The notes: generated by a model not told the origin, from the sequence alone. A stretch of DNA of 63,952 nucleotides, filler included, from 5 parts of 5 records of this genome joined end to end with filler, not necessarily neighbours in it, one strand, 5' to 3'. Shown: positions 38,503 through 48,434, numbered from the whole stretch's first letter. Translations and numbers: made by a program.

Positions 38503-41500
38503 GTGTTTAGGAGTTCGAATAAATGGCTGGTCGGCGCGCTCGCGCTCAGTTGTTTCGGGAGCGTCAACTGCTCTCGTAACAACGGCCAGGGAAGCGGCGA
38601 GGTCAAGTTGACCTCGGACGTGGTCTACGACGAAGGCACGCAAGAGCTGCTCGTGGCGTTGAGCCGCGATCTCAAGGGCAGCGAGGCGTTGCACACGCGT
38701 ATTCGTCCTCTCTCCGAGGGTGAATCACTCGACTGCGCGGCGATGTCTTCGGATATCCCGAAGTTGACGGATCAGCGCGAGGCGACGTTGTTCATCGGCC
38801 CCACGGTCGACCCGACGATGTTCGAGCCGCAGACCACACCGGACTCACTCCTCAACAACAGCATGGAGGACTACCAGCGCCGCCAGGACAACACGTACTT
38901 TATCGACGTGTGTGTCATGGACGGGAGCAAGGTCGCCCACCAGGCGCGCTACGATCTGCGTCAGGCGCTCGATCGCGACGGCAACGGCCTGAGCGGCAAG
39001 TTCGACCAGTTCGATGATGGCGAGCGCATCGCCAGTAACCAGGCGTACGCCGCGGCATGCATCAGCGCCATGGGGGATATCCCCTTCTGGACGCGCCTCG
39101 ATGGAGACCAGGGCACCGGCAAGGTCATCCACGATGTGGAAGAGGGCACCGCGCTCGCCAAGGCGATGCTCAAGTTCGCCAACGAAGCTTCCAACGAGGA
39201 GCTCGACGCCGTCCTCGACGAGCGCGCCGTCGTCTTCATCGTCGACGCTCGCCCGATCGCCTCGCTCGAGGTCCTGGACGCGGTCGACTTCGTCGGCCCC
39301 GCTGCGTTCCGCGAGCTCGCATCGCACGTTCAAGAGAACGGCCTCGTCGTCGAGAGCGAGTCGTTCGATTGGAACACCGTCGACTGCACCGAGATCGGTA
39401 CGCCGATCCCCTCGACCGTCGATGGCGTCCCGCACGAGACCAAGGTCGACAAGTGCGACAACCCACAGCAGATCTACTCGCACTGCGAGCCTGACGCGAC
39501 CACTGGCGCCAACGGCCCACGCGTGGCCAGCGCGCGCAACGCGCAGGGCACCCACTGGGTGTTGCTCTGCCGCAAGTCGCACGAGGCGCAAGGTCGCTAC
39601 GAAGATATGGCGATGATCGGGCACAACCCCTTCACCGGCCAGACCTGCTTCTTCCAGAACCAATTGCCTCCTGGCGAGACGCCACGTCCCGCCAACGACG
39701 GCACCAAGATCCCTCACCCGGCGGATAACGTCTCCAGCGATGCTTCTCCGCAGGTCTGGAACGATCTCTGGGGTGGCATCGAAGGCGGCATCGGTCGCAG
39801 CGGTGGCATTCAGTGCCAGGGCTGTCACAGCACCGACCCCTTCATCCACAGTCCATGGATCGATGGCGCCAAGGATGACAAGGGCGATCCTATCGTGCCC
39901 AAGATGGGCCACAACCCCGACTTCGTCGAAGGTTATGGCGGCCCTTACACGCTCATCGACGCGCAGGATCAAGGGTGGAGCCAGCCGCTCCACCTCGTCA
40001 GCGAAGAGGCTGGCGCTTGCACCAAGTGTCACCGCATCGGTCGCGACCAGTGGATCTCGGATCGCAGCCTCGACTCGCGCACCAACGCCGAGGGTGGTTG
40101 TGTCTTCTGTGGTCAGGCTCCCTGGATCAACCGCTTCGATCACAGCGACGCCAACTGGGACCGCCTGTTGACCGAGACCGGCAACTCCTTCGACCACTAC
40201 TACTGGATGCCGCCCGACGCTGGCGATGTCCTCAACGAAGAGCTCTGGCCTGAGTCTGATTACGCAAAGGCGCTCGCGTTCATCCGCATGTGCGGTGCCG
40301 AGCCAAACAACCCTGAGTGTGAGTGGGAGCCTCTCCCGAGCGAGCCTGGCGATCCCACGACGCTTCCAGAGGTCGAGCTCACCGGTCCAGAGTTGGCCGA
40401 GCGCGCGCTCGATATCCTCGGCGCGCCTTACCAGAAGGATGGCGCCGCTGATGATGGCGACCGCCGCTGCGCCGAGTGTCACGCGACCTCCAAGCGCGGC
40501 TTCCGCGACTGGCTCGAGCTCACCGAGCGCGCGAACCAGAAGGGCATCGACCTTCGCCAGGATGTCGAAGGCATGTCGCAAGAGGAAGCGCTCGAGCTTG
40601 TCCGCTTCATGCGTCGCGACAACACCGATGACAGCGTCTTCGCTGCCTACAACACCGGCATCCTCGTGGCGGGAGCTCAGTTCTCTTACTTCCGTGAGCT
40701 CTTCCAGAAAGCTTACGGGAACGACTGGGGCATCCCCTACGGCCAGTTCCTCGCTCGCGTCAGCATGCCAAAAGGCAGCCACCCACCGCTCAGCGCGGAG
40801 GAGTTCGCGATCGTCCAGAAGTGGTTCGTCGACGAAAAGCTCGCTGGCATCGACGACTTGCTCGTCGAGACGCCTCCACCCGCGACCTGCGACGAGGTTC
40901 GTCAGCAGTACGGCCTGACGCAACCTTCGCCGTGGCTCAGCAACCACCTCGACGACATGGAGTTCGACGGTTGGGGCGCACGCAACGAAGAGAAAGGCAT
41001 CAACATGTACGGCTGCGACAGCGGCAAGGGCGTGGGTTGCTTCTCGGACAAGGAAGACATCACCGAGTTCAACACCAACTCGGTCGAAGGCGCGCGCCTC
41101 ATCGAGGTCCTCGCGGTCGACTTCAGCACCAGCTTCTGGACGCGCTCCTCGGCTGATGGTCGCTTCGTCGGTAACGGCGGACGCGGCAGCAGCGAAGGCA
41201 ACTTCGGCGCGACGATCACCGACCTCGTGACTGGCAAGAACATCGGCGTCCGCGGCTCCTACGACCCCGGCTTCTTCCCGAACAACGATGGCTTCATCAT
41301 GCAAGGTCGCGGCGCTGGCCTCTGTGGTCAGTCCGTGTTGACCAACGCCGAGGCGATCGAGGGTGGCATCGACTTCACCGAGAACGGCTGCTCCAACGCT
41401 GAAGGGATCAACCTCTACCAGCACGTCGCCGTGGACACCGACGGTGGCGACTACTTCGTCATCAACTCCGAGTTCACCAGTGACTCGGGTCGCTCGAACG

Positions 41501-42024
41501 AAGATCCCAAGGCGCCATTCTACGAGGGCTCGACGATGAAGTTCTCGCCGATGGTCTTCGACGGCAACACCTGGAGCCAGAAGCCCGCAGTGGTCGTCGA
41601 CTCGCCATACGAGGGCGACTCGGTGCTCTCGCCATCGGGCAAGATGGTCATCAGCCGCTTCGCCGGTCCTGATGGAAAGGCGCTCGGCTACATGATTCGC
41701 CGCGTCCAGGTCACGCCTTCCGGCGATAGCTACGACGTGAACATCCGCCAGGCTGCTCAGTTCCTCTGCCTGCCTGGTGCCAAGGCGAACATCTCGTTCG
41801 ACGAGCGCTTCTCCGTGACGCACGTCTACGAGAACGAGACCGCGAACATCTACCTGACCGACATCCTCACGGGTGAGACGGTCAAGGTGACCGAGATGCC
41901 CGAGGGCACCAAGGCGCTCTTCCCACACTTCCGCTCCGATGGCTGGTTCTACTTCCTGGCCAAGGGCGGCGATGGGGACCGCGTGCTGGCAAGCGACGCT
42001 GCATTGCGTATGCTCCAGCGCTGA
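38503..42024 (+). CDS. Large exported multiheme c-type cytochrome-like lipoprotein (3 CxxCH) with C-terminal TolB-like propeller
   Basis: GTG start after SD AGGAG; signal peptide with Cys; CQGCH (39814), CTKCH (40018), CAECH (40468); SADGRFV, LSPSGK, ISFDERF, FRSDGW repeats. Confidence 0.75.
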   Translation: MFRSSNKWLVGALALSCFGSVNCSRNNGQGSGEVKLTSDVVYDEGTQELLVALSRDLKGSEALHTRIRPLSEGESLDCAAMSSDIPKLTDQREATLFIGPTVDPTMFEPQTTPDSLLNNSMEDYQRRQDNTYFIDVCVMDGSKVAHQARYDLRQALDRDGNGLSGKFDQFDDGERIASNQAYAAACISAMGDIPFWTRLDGDQGTGKVIHDVEEGTALAKAMLKFANEASNEELDAVLDERAVVFIVDARPIASLEVLDAVDFVGPAAFRELASHVQENGLVVESESFDWNTVDCTEIGTPIPSTVDGVPHETKVDKCDNPQQIYSHCEPDATTGANGPRVASARNAQGTHWVLLCRKSHEAQGRYEDMAMIGHNPFTGQTCFFQNQLPPGETPRPANDGTKIPHPADNVSSDASPQVWNDLWGGIEGGIGRSGGIQCQGCHSTDPFIHSPWIDGAKDDKGDPIVPKMGHNPDFVEGYGGPYTLIDAQDQGWSQPLHLVSEEAGACTKCHRIGRDQWISDRSLDSRTNAEGGCVFCGQAPWINRFDHSDANWDRLLTETGNSFDHYYWMPPDAGDVLNEELWPESDYAKALAFIRMCGAEPNNPECEWEPLPSEPGDPTTLPEVELTGPELAERALDILGAPYQKDGAADDGDRRCAECHATSKRGFRDWLELTERANQKGIDLRQDVEGMSQEEALELVRFMRRDNTDDSVFAAYNTGILVAGAQFSYFRELFQKAYGNDWGIPYGQFLARVSMPKGSHPPLSAEEFAIVQKWFVDEKLAGIDDLLVETPPPATCDEVRQQYGLTQPSPWLSNHLDDMEFDGWGARNEEKGINMYGCDSGKGVGCFSDKEDITEFNTNSVEGARLIEVLAVDFSTSFWTRSSADGRFVGNGGRGSSEGNFGATITDLVTGKNIGVRGSYDPGFFPNNDGFIMQGRGAGLCGQSVLTNAEAIEGGIDFTENGCSNAEGINLYQHVAVDTDGGDYFVINSEFTSDSGRSNEDPKAPFYEGSTMKFSPMVFDGNTWSQKPAVVVDSPYEGDSVLSPSGKMVISRFAGPDGKALGYMIRRVQVTPSGDSYDVNIRQAAQFLCLPGAKANISFDERFSVTHVYENETANIYLTDILTGETVKVTEMPEGTKALFPHFRSDGWFYFLAKGGDGDRVLASDAALRMLQR

Positions 42025-42138
42025 ACGGTCGAATGGTTGACTTGGCCCTGAGCGAGCTTCGAAGGTTGTAAAAAGCCTCGAAGGTTCTTGCTCAGGGCCT
42101 TGTTCGTAATGAATGACGTGTTGAATCCGAGGACACAG

Positions 42139-44304
42139 ATGTCCAGAGCACCACATATTTTGATGTCACTCGCGCTCTCGGCCTCGCTGGTCATGGGCTG
42201 CTCGCGTGGCAACGATGGTCCCGAGAACCCTCAGACGACGGGCGGCGAAGAGTCCACCTCCACCGGCTTCCCCTTTGACGGGAGCGGTGGAAAGGAGGAC
42301 GCCTTCGGGAGATCGCTCGTCGGGATCCCGAGGCCCTACCAGCCCGACCCCGAGATGGTCGCAGATCCTCTCGGGCAAAAGGTGCTCCTGGCCACGAACA
42401 TGCGCGAGCGTCGATCTCGCGCATGGGAGACCGCACGTCAGGTCCTCGAACCAGTGCCGCTGGTTGGCCTCGCGAGCCAGATCAACCGGCTCCCCGACTG
42501 CCCCGAGGGCGTCGAGACGCGTGATATCGATCGCTGCGCGAACCAATCCGACGAGGCATCCTGCACAGGATACACCTCGGGCGGCTCGGCGATCTGCCAG
42601 TGGGATGGCGAGGCGTGTGCGCCATCGTGTGACAACCTCACGCTCCCCGATGGCGAGGAGATCCCCGAGATCCCTCGTTGGAGCACGTGGTATGGCGTCG
42701 AGGATATCAGCACGATCTTCAAGGCGGCCTACGGCCAGCTTTCTCCCGAGGATCAACGAGCCAGGAGGCATTTCACCGACGAGGAGATTGGCCGCGCGAT
42801 GTTGGTCAACAACAGCGCTGTGGATCGCTCGCGTCGATGGCCACTGCGCCGTTACACGGACGCCGTCGGAGATCTCTTCGGGTGCTCGCTACCACAAGAA
42901 GATGGCGAGTCTGATGAGGACTACGCCACGCGCTGCGCGCTCTCGCGCCAGAGTAACTTCAGCGGCGGCTCGGCAGCCGGCGGCGGCATCGCGCGCATGG
43001 TGTACAGCCCCGCGATGGTCCTGCACATGATGCGCAACTACCCAGAGATCCTCGCCTGTCGCGACGACAAGCTCCAGGACACCTGGTGCGGTGATGGAGA
43101 GCCCTGCCTGGAGCCCGAGGATAACTTCTCGACCTGCTTCTCGCAGGAGTTCCCGGCGGATGCTGGGAACCCATGGGCCGCGCTCGACCCCGAGCAGGCT
43201 GGCGATGTCGCTGGTTTACCTGGCGCCGGTGGTACGGTGCTTATCAAGGCGACCTGGTCGCGCGTCGGGTTTGGCTTCAAGCTCCCCGCTTACGACACGG
43301 ACGCGGACGCGCTCTCGGAGCTGCTCGCCCCGGGCGCTGTGGGCAACTGGTCCGAAGAGGGTGATCGTCAGTACGAGGCCGAGGCCGGTGATGTGACCGC
43401 TTTCCCGACGCCTGAAGACATCTACACGATCACCACTCGTTCAGGCGGCACGTATCGTCTGACCGGCTTGCACATCATGACCAAGGACCTGCGTCACTGG
43501 AACTGGATCACGCTCTGGTGGAGCGACGAGCCCGACACCGACTTTGGCGCCGATCGTCCCGAGAACTTCTCGACGCTTCCTGGTGTGTGGAGCAACTACA
43601 AGATGTGTGTGGTGGTCGACTACACCGAGGCTGACGAGGACGCCGCAGGGCGCTTCGCCGATCTTCCCTCGCTCCAGGCTGCCATCACCGCCTCTGGCGC
43701 GACCCCTGGTGCTCCCTCGTGGTGCTCGAACCCCTACATCGAGGAGGGGCCCGCGAACGCGCGCACCAACTGCATCGGTTGCCATCAGCACGCGGGCTCG
43801 CGTTACGACGAGCAGGGCGAAGGGCTCGTGCTCGAGGATTTGATCACCGAGAATGACGCGAACATCGGCCCGACCAACCGTTATCCTGCGAACGGTCGCA
43901 CCCAGCGTCGCACCAAGTTCGCCACGGATTACTCCTGGGCGTTCAGCCGCATGGATGACCTGACGGAGTTGATGCGCACCGAGATCGAGTACCAGGGCGC
44001 GCGCGATGACGGCTGGCGACGCCAGCAAGAGATCCTTAACCTCGATGGCGACGCCGAGCGTGGCGCGATGCTCTTCGCGCAGACCTCCGCGACGCAGGCC
44101 TGCGCGGGATGTCATGGCGAGGATGGGCTGGGTGATTTCGGCCCCTCCTTCGAGCAACTGTTCGCGCAGAAGACCTCGTGGCAGATGCTCAACACGGTGC
44201 TTTATGGCCGCGGGCCGATGCCTGCCTGGGGCGAAGAGTTGACGGATCAGGAACTGGCGGATCTCTTTGCCTTCCTCGAGGAGAGCTTCGACCCGACGAG
44301 GTGA
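42139..44304 (+). CDS. Diheme c-type cytochrome lipoprotein with C-terminal class I cytochrome c domain
   Basis: SD GAGGA; lipobox LVMGC; CIGCH (43771); CAGCHGEDG...GP...GRGPMPAW...LTDQE..DL.AFL (44101). Confidence 0.8.
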   Translation: MSRAPHILMSLALSASLVMGCSRGNDGPENPQTTGGEESTSTGFPFDGSGGKEDAFGRSLVGIPRPYQPDPEMVADPLGQKVLLATNMRERRSRAWETARQVLEPVPLVGLASQINRLPDCPEGVETRDIDRCANQSDEASCTGYTSGGSAICQWDGEACAPSCDNLTLPDGEEIPEIPRWSTWYGVEDISTIFKAAYGQLSPEDQRARRHFTDEEIGRAMLVNNSAVDRSRRWPLRRYTDAVGDLFGCSLPQEDGESDEDYATRCALSRQSNFSGGSAAGGGIARMVYSPAMVLHMMRNYPEILACRDDKLQDTWCGDGEPCLEPEDNFSTCFSQEFPADAGNPWAALDPEQAGDVAGLPGAGGTVLIKATWSRVGFGFKLPAYDTDADALSELLAPGAVGNWSEEGDRQYEAEAGDVTAFPTPEDIYTITTRSGGTYRLTGLHIMTKDLRHWNWITLWWSDEPDTDFGADRPENFSTLPGVWSNYKMCVVVDYTEADEDAAGRFADLPSLQAAITASGATPGAPSWCSNPYIEEGPANARTNCIGCHQHAGSRYDEQGEGLVLEDLITENDANIGPTNRYPANGRTQRRTKFATDYSWAFSRMDDLTELMRTEIEYQGARDDGWRRQQEILNLDGDAERGAMLFAQTSATQACAGCHGEDGLGDFGPSFEQLFAQKTSWQMLNTVLYGRGPMPAWGEELTDQELADLFAFLEESFDPTR

Positions 44305-44331
44305 TGCGAGCCCCGAATCGAACGAGTGAAT

Positions 44332-44370
44332 GAAGCGGCGCGCCAAATTGGCGCGCCGCTTTGCTTTTTG
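44332..44370 (+). terminator. Rho-independent terminator
   Basis: AAGCGGCGCGCCA-AAT-TGGCGCGCCGCTT followed by TGCTTTTT. Confidence 0.85.
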
Positions 44371-44520
44371 ATGCAGCCTTGCCGAGCCCGTGGGGCTTGA
44401 AAACTGGCCCTTCAGGTACTACATGTAAGAGTAGGAAGAATTCATCCGTAGGCCTCTCGGAGGACTCCGATAAACCAGGGAGTCAGGGAGGTACACATCC
44501 TTGCCTGTAAGGTCGCTTTT

Positions 44521-45864
44521 ATGAGTGGATCCTATCGTTTCGTACGGTTGTTCCGGTGGCTCTGTGCCGCGTGGCTCTTGTTGATGTTCGTGGGCGGTTG
44601 TAAGCCCGAGTTCACCGAGTCCGAATGTGAAACAGACTCGGACTGCTTTGCTGACGAGACCTGCTCGGAGCAGGGCGTTTGCGTGATCAGCGGCACAGGT
44701 TCGATGTTGCCCGAGGTCGCGAACTTCACCGCGGATCCATCCGAGGTGGAAGAGGGCGGCTCGGTCACGCTGACTTGGGAGACGCAGAACGCCGCATCTG
44801 GCGAGATCACCTCCACCGCGATCGGGTATACGTACATGATCCCGGAGGCGGACCTCGCGAGTGGCTCGACCACGGTCGAGAACCTGACGCAGGATGCCAC
44901 CTTCACCTTGACCCTCTTGCAGGGGACGCGCCGCGCTACGGAGACGGTGTCCGTGACGGTGACTCCAGCGGAGAACCCACCTGTCATCGAATCCTTTACG
45001 GTAATGCCCGAGAACGTCGTCGAGGGTGATCGCATCGCGCTGGAGTGGGTTACAAGCGGCGCGACGAGCGGTCAGATTTCCTACAACGACGAGGTCTTCC
45101 CGATCGGCGAAGACGAACTCGACAGCGGCGTCTACCGTCTCGATATCACAGAGACAACGACTTTCGAGCTCACGATGACCAACGAGTTCGGCGAGGTCGC
45201 TGAAGATCTCGTCGTCGAGGTCACGCCAGCCAATGTCCCCGTGATCGACAGCTTTACTGCAGACGCGCCCGAGGTCGCTGTTGGAGGCAGCGTCCTGCTC
45301 TCCTGGGAAACCAGCGGAGCGGAGAGCCTCGCGATCTCAGACGCCAACGGTGAGGTCTTCTCGAGCACCGACAGCGCCGAGGTCGCCGCAGGGATGACCT
45401 CGGTCACCGTCGACGCGGACGCTACATACACGCTGACCGCGAGCAATGGGGCAGGGGATGTCACCGCAGCCGTGACCGTGACCGTGGTCACGCCGCCAGT
45501 GATCAATTCCTTTACGGCTTCGCAAGAAACGGATGTGGTCCCCGGTAGCACCATCGAGCTCTCGTGGGATGTGACCGACGCGGAGATGATCGTGATCACT
45601 GACAGCGCAGACGGGATGATCACCACGTCGATGATGGCGACAGGTTCGGTGAGCGTTCAGATCGACGCCGCAGAGACCTTCACGTTGACGGCAACCAATA
45701 GCGGCGGCGAAGTCACCGAGACCGTATCGGTTTCGGTGCTCGGCGCTCCAGTGATCAACTCCTTTACGGCTTCGCAGGACACCGACGTCATCACCGGAAG
45801 CACCATCGATCTTTCGTGGGATGTGACCGGCGCGGACAACATCGAAATCACGGACGCTGGCGGC
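44521..45864 (+). CDS. Surface lipoprotein with Cys-rich N-terminal module and tandem Ig-like repeats (3' truncated)
   Basis: Lipobox FVGGC; CETDSDC..DETC...GVC; repeated P.I.SFTA....G..V.L.W units of about 84-90 aa. Confidence 0.8.
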
Positions 45865-45964
45865 NNNNNNNNNNNNNNNNNNNNNNNNNNNNNNNNNNNN
45901 NNNNNNNNTTAATTAATTAANNNNNNNNNNNNNNNNNNNNNNNNNNNNNNNNNNNNNNNNNNNN
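45865..45964. other. Artificial contig spacer
   Basis: N-run, TTAATTAATTAA, N-run. Confidence 0.99.
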
Positions 45965-45965
45965 T

Positions 45966-46628
45966 GGGTGGCTTGCATGGCAGCAAGCGTCCCGCCCAGA
46001 CAAGAGGGTTGTTTCTGCCCGGAGCGATATGGGCACAGAGAAGGCGTGGGCTGGTTTTCGAGTGGATGATGCAGGAAATGTCCTTATCCCTCTCAGAGAC
46101 GGCGGAAACCGCCTTGCAGCCGTTTATCGCGTCAATGAAAGCGGATCCGTTGAAACTTTGGTCGGCACGGGTAGCGATAAAGGTCTGCATCATGTTATCG
46201 GGGAACGGATATCAAAAGATCCTGACGACCCCATTCTGATAGCAGATGACCTGATCAGCGCCATTGAGCTAAACCGTCTGACGAACAAGCCAGTTGTCTG
46301 GTCAGTGAAATCGGAAAATCTTGCAGCCGTCGGAAAAACTCTACGCAGATTTAATCCCGATCGGAAGATTGTCATTGCCGCTATGGATGCGCACATGGCC
46401 GTCGAAAACAAGCCAATGGTACATGCGAAGAAAGCAGCAATCGCCATCGACGCCGATTTGCTCTCCCCTCCTCTGTCTGATCAGGACAAAAAACGCAATA
46501 AGATGTCCTTCGGGGATATATTGAAAACCGGAAAGATAGACGCAGTTAAAAACGCTCTTAAGACTGCTGGAGTTGATGGTGATGACACAACTCGGAAGCG
46601 GCAAAAAGATCATACGAGAGGGATCTAA
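45966..46628 (+). CDS. Plasmid TraC-like TOPRIM (primase-like) domain, degenerate; 5' truncated
   Basis: GN.LIPLRD..., ILIADD..SA..L...T..PV......NL.AV...LR...PD.KIVIAA.D; basic C-terminal tail ending DHTRGI. Confidence 0.6.
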   Translation, partial: GWLAWQQASRPDKRVVSARSDMGTEKAWAGFRVDDAGNVLIPLRDGGNRLAAVYRVNESGSVETLVGTGSDKGLHHVIGERISKDPDDPILIADDLISAIELNRLTNKPVVWSVKSENLAAVGKTLRRFNPDRKIVIAAMDAHMAVENKPMVHAKKAAIAIDADLLSPPLSDQDKKRNKMSFGDILKTGKIDAVKNALKTAGVDGDDTTRKRQKDHTRGI

Positions 46629-46645
46629 TGAAACCGCATGTTCGC

Positions 46646-47068
46646 CTATACATCCTTCAAACTGGACAATCTTTCACTCACCATCAAAAGCTGCTGCTCA
46701 GATAATCGAGCAATGTCTTCAATGAAGGCTGATTCAATTACTTCTGTATTTTTTATTTCTGATTTTTGGACCGCGGTTGAATTGAGTTTGTCACGTTCCG
46801 AACGCGACATTTTTTCTATGTCTTCGGGAATGCCTTCAAAAAAGAAGTCAATTTCAACACCAAACATTTGCGACAACATCTGAAGATGTCCGGCTTTGTA
46901 ACGGTCCCGCCCAGCTTCAAATTTCTGGATTTGCTGGGGAGAAATTCCAAACAGGCCCGCCAATTGTTGCTGTTTGACACCCAAAATCTTGCGCAGCATC
47001 TTGATGCGTTCTGCAACATGGACATCGATTACGTGCGGGCCGTCAAACCTTCCAAGCCTTCGTTTCAT
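46646..47068 (-). CDS. XRE-family HTH regulator
   Basis: IDVHVAERIK.LR...G..QQ.LA...GIS.QQIQK.E.G.DR......FF.G pattern. Confidence 0.85.
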   Translation of the reverse strand: MKRRLGRFDGPHVIDVHVAERIKMLRKILGVKQQQLAGLFGISPQQIQKFEAGRDRYKAGHLQMLSQMFGVEIDFFFEGIPEDIEKMSRSERDKLNSTAVQKSEIKNTEVIESAFIEDIARLSEQQLLMVSERLSSLKDV

Positions 47069-47087
47069 GGTTTCATTGATATGGAGG

Positions 47088-47774
47088 TTACAAACCGAGA
47101 GTGAATTTTGCTGCACTCATATTTGGCACATATTTAAGGTTGATATTGCTAAACTCCGCTGCGATCCCAGTCCTTAAAATATTATTTTCTGTCAGATACT
47201 CTTTGGTGTTCGAAGATAGGAACACTATTGGCTTAACCACTCCAGCGTTTCGCAGAGATGTTACGGCTTCAAGGTAAGTCTCGTAGACTAAACAATCTTT
47301 TGAGGAATCTTTACCGCGCCTTGCTGGAGCGATACACGCATTCATCCGTGCGAATGCTTTGGTCGGGATTCCGTTTCCAGGCGTTATCTTTTGGAGCTCG
47401 GTGAGCCATCTTTCTACAACACCACGCGTGCGCCCAACATGACCGTCGAGATGGGCAAGATCAATGGTCCCCGGAGCACCAAAGACGGTGGAGAGCTTGT
47501 TGATACGATCTATCTGTTCCTGCAGTTTTTTTAGGTTACGTTCCGCCTCCTCTTGGACGGGTTGATCGTGAACGGCGAACTCGATCGCAACCTGTTCTGC
47601 CATAAGGCATATGAGATTTCCAGCTTCCGCCGCAACCACAAGGTCTATGGCGGCTTGCCGATCATGGGGCTTAACTGTTTCACGCGTTGGGTCACGCATG
47701 ATATCTAGAATAGAGCATGTGTCGATGCACAACACTGGTACATCCTTAGATGCAATCGCATGCGCGTCCATCAC
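47088..47774 (-). CDS. PIN-domain protein (DUF4935-like), putative ribonuclease
   Basis: VLCIDTCSILD, conserved E (V.IEF), KDCLVYETYL, VFLSSNTKEY. Confidence 0.75.
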   Translation of the reverse strand: MMDAHAIASKDVPVLCIDTCSILDIMRDPTRETVKPHDRQAAIDLVVAAEAGNLICLMAEQVAIEFAVHDQPVQEEAERNLKKLQEQIDRINKLSTVFGAPGTIDLAHLDGHVGRTRGVVERWLTELQKITPGNGIPTKAFARMNACIAPARRGKDSSKDCLVYETYLEAVTSLRNAGVVKPIVFLSSNTKEYLTENNILRTGIAAEFSNINLKYVPNMSAAKFTLGL

Positions 47775-47777
47775 CTT

Positions 47778-48434
47778 TCAATGCTCTTCGTAATATGCAA
47801 GAAGAGCGACAGCGGTCTCGAAGTCGGCCGCTAGAGTATGCGCGGAATCCTGATCCCAACCATCCACCTCATGGAGCCAACGAGCCAGTTTATCTGCATC
47901 AGGTTTGTCATCAGCACGATGAACGGCGACAAGAAAGTCGAACCAGCGACGTTGATCTGATGGGTGACTTGCTCTTGTCGACTTGTTGGCTGCACCCGAA
48001 AAATGTTTCAACTTTATAGCCGCTTCCAGAGACAACCAATCTTCAAGCGTTTGCTGGTCTTGGGTTGTCGAGATAGTGAAGCCGAATTGGGTAGCAACTG
48101 GCTCAGCAATTTGTGCGATAAAATCCTTAAGCAAAGCGTTGTATTGGGCGAAGCTGAGGCTGCCCTTCTCCAAGGGAACGATGTTAGGCACATAATAGCC
48201 GTCTTCGGTTCCCCATAGAGTCAATCCGACAGCGGGATGGTCGTTGTCGGCATCTCGTTGAAAAAGGACTACATCCTCGAGAGGGACGGTGTTGTGCGCC
48301 ACCTCTTCCGTCCGTTTCAAATCCACTCGCCAAGAACCGACTGCCGCTGCTATCAACCCTTCGCGTAGTTCGGGCCGTTTGTCTATTGGCCCGTGAATGG
48401 CCATGTCTTGAAAGACTTCAAGTTTTTCTGCCAC
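47778..48434 (-). CDS. Hypothetical protein co-operonic with the PIN gene
   Basis: GTG start with SD GAGG; V.NIVP.E...LS..QYN..L..F; ANKST..SHP.D..RW..F; 3 nt from the PIN start. Confidence 0.75.
   Translation of the reverse strand: MAEKLEVFQDMAIHGPIDKRPELREGLIAAAVGSWRVDLKRTEEVAHNTVPLEDVVLFQRDADNDHPAVGLTLWGTEDGYYVPNIVPLEKGSLSFAQYNALLKDFIAQIAEPVATQFGFTISTTQDQQTLEDWLSLEAAIKLKHFSGAANKSTRASHPSDQRRWFDFLVAVHRADDKPDADKLARWLHEVDGWDQDSAHTLAADFETAVALLAYYEEH

Noticed and set aside
38845-42156. 1103-aa antisense ORF opposite the multiheme gene (also 58305-60491, 25058-26131 and similar)
   Set aside because: Antisense shadow ORFs expected from high-GC codon bias; no motifs, and they lie opposite clear genes
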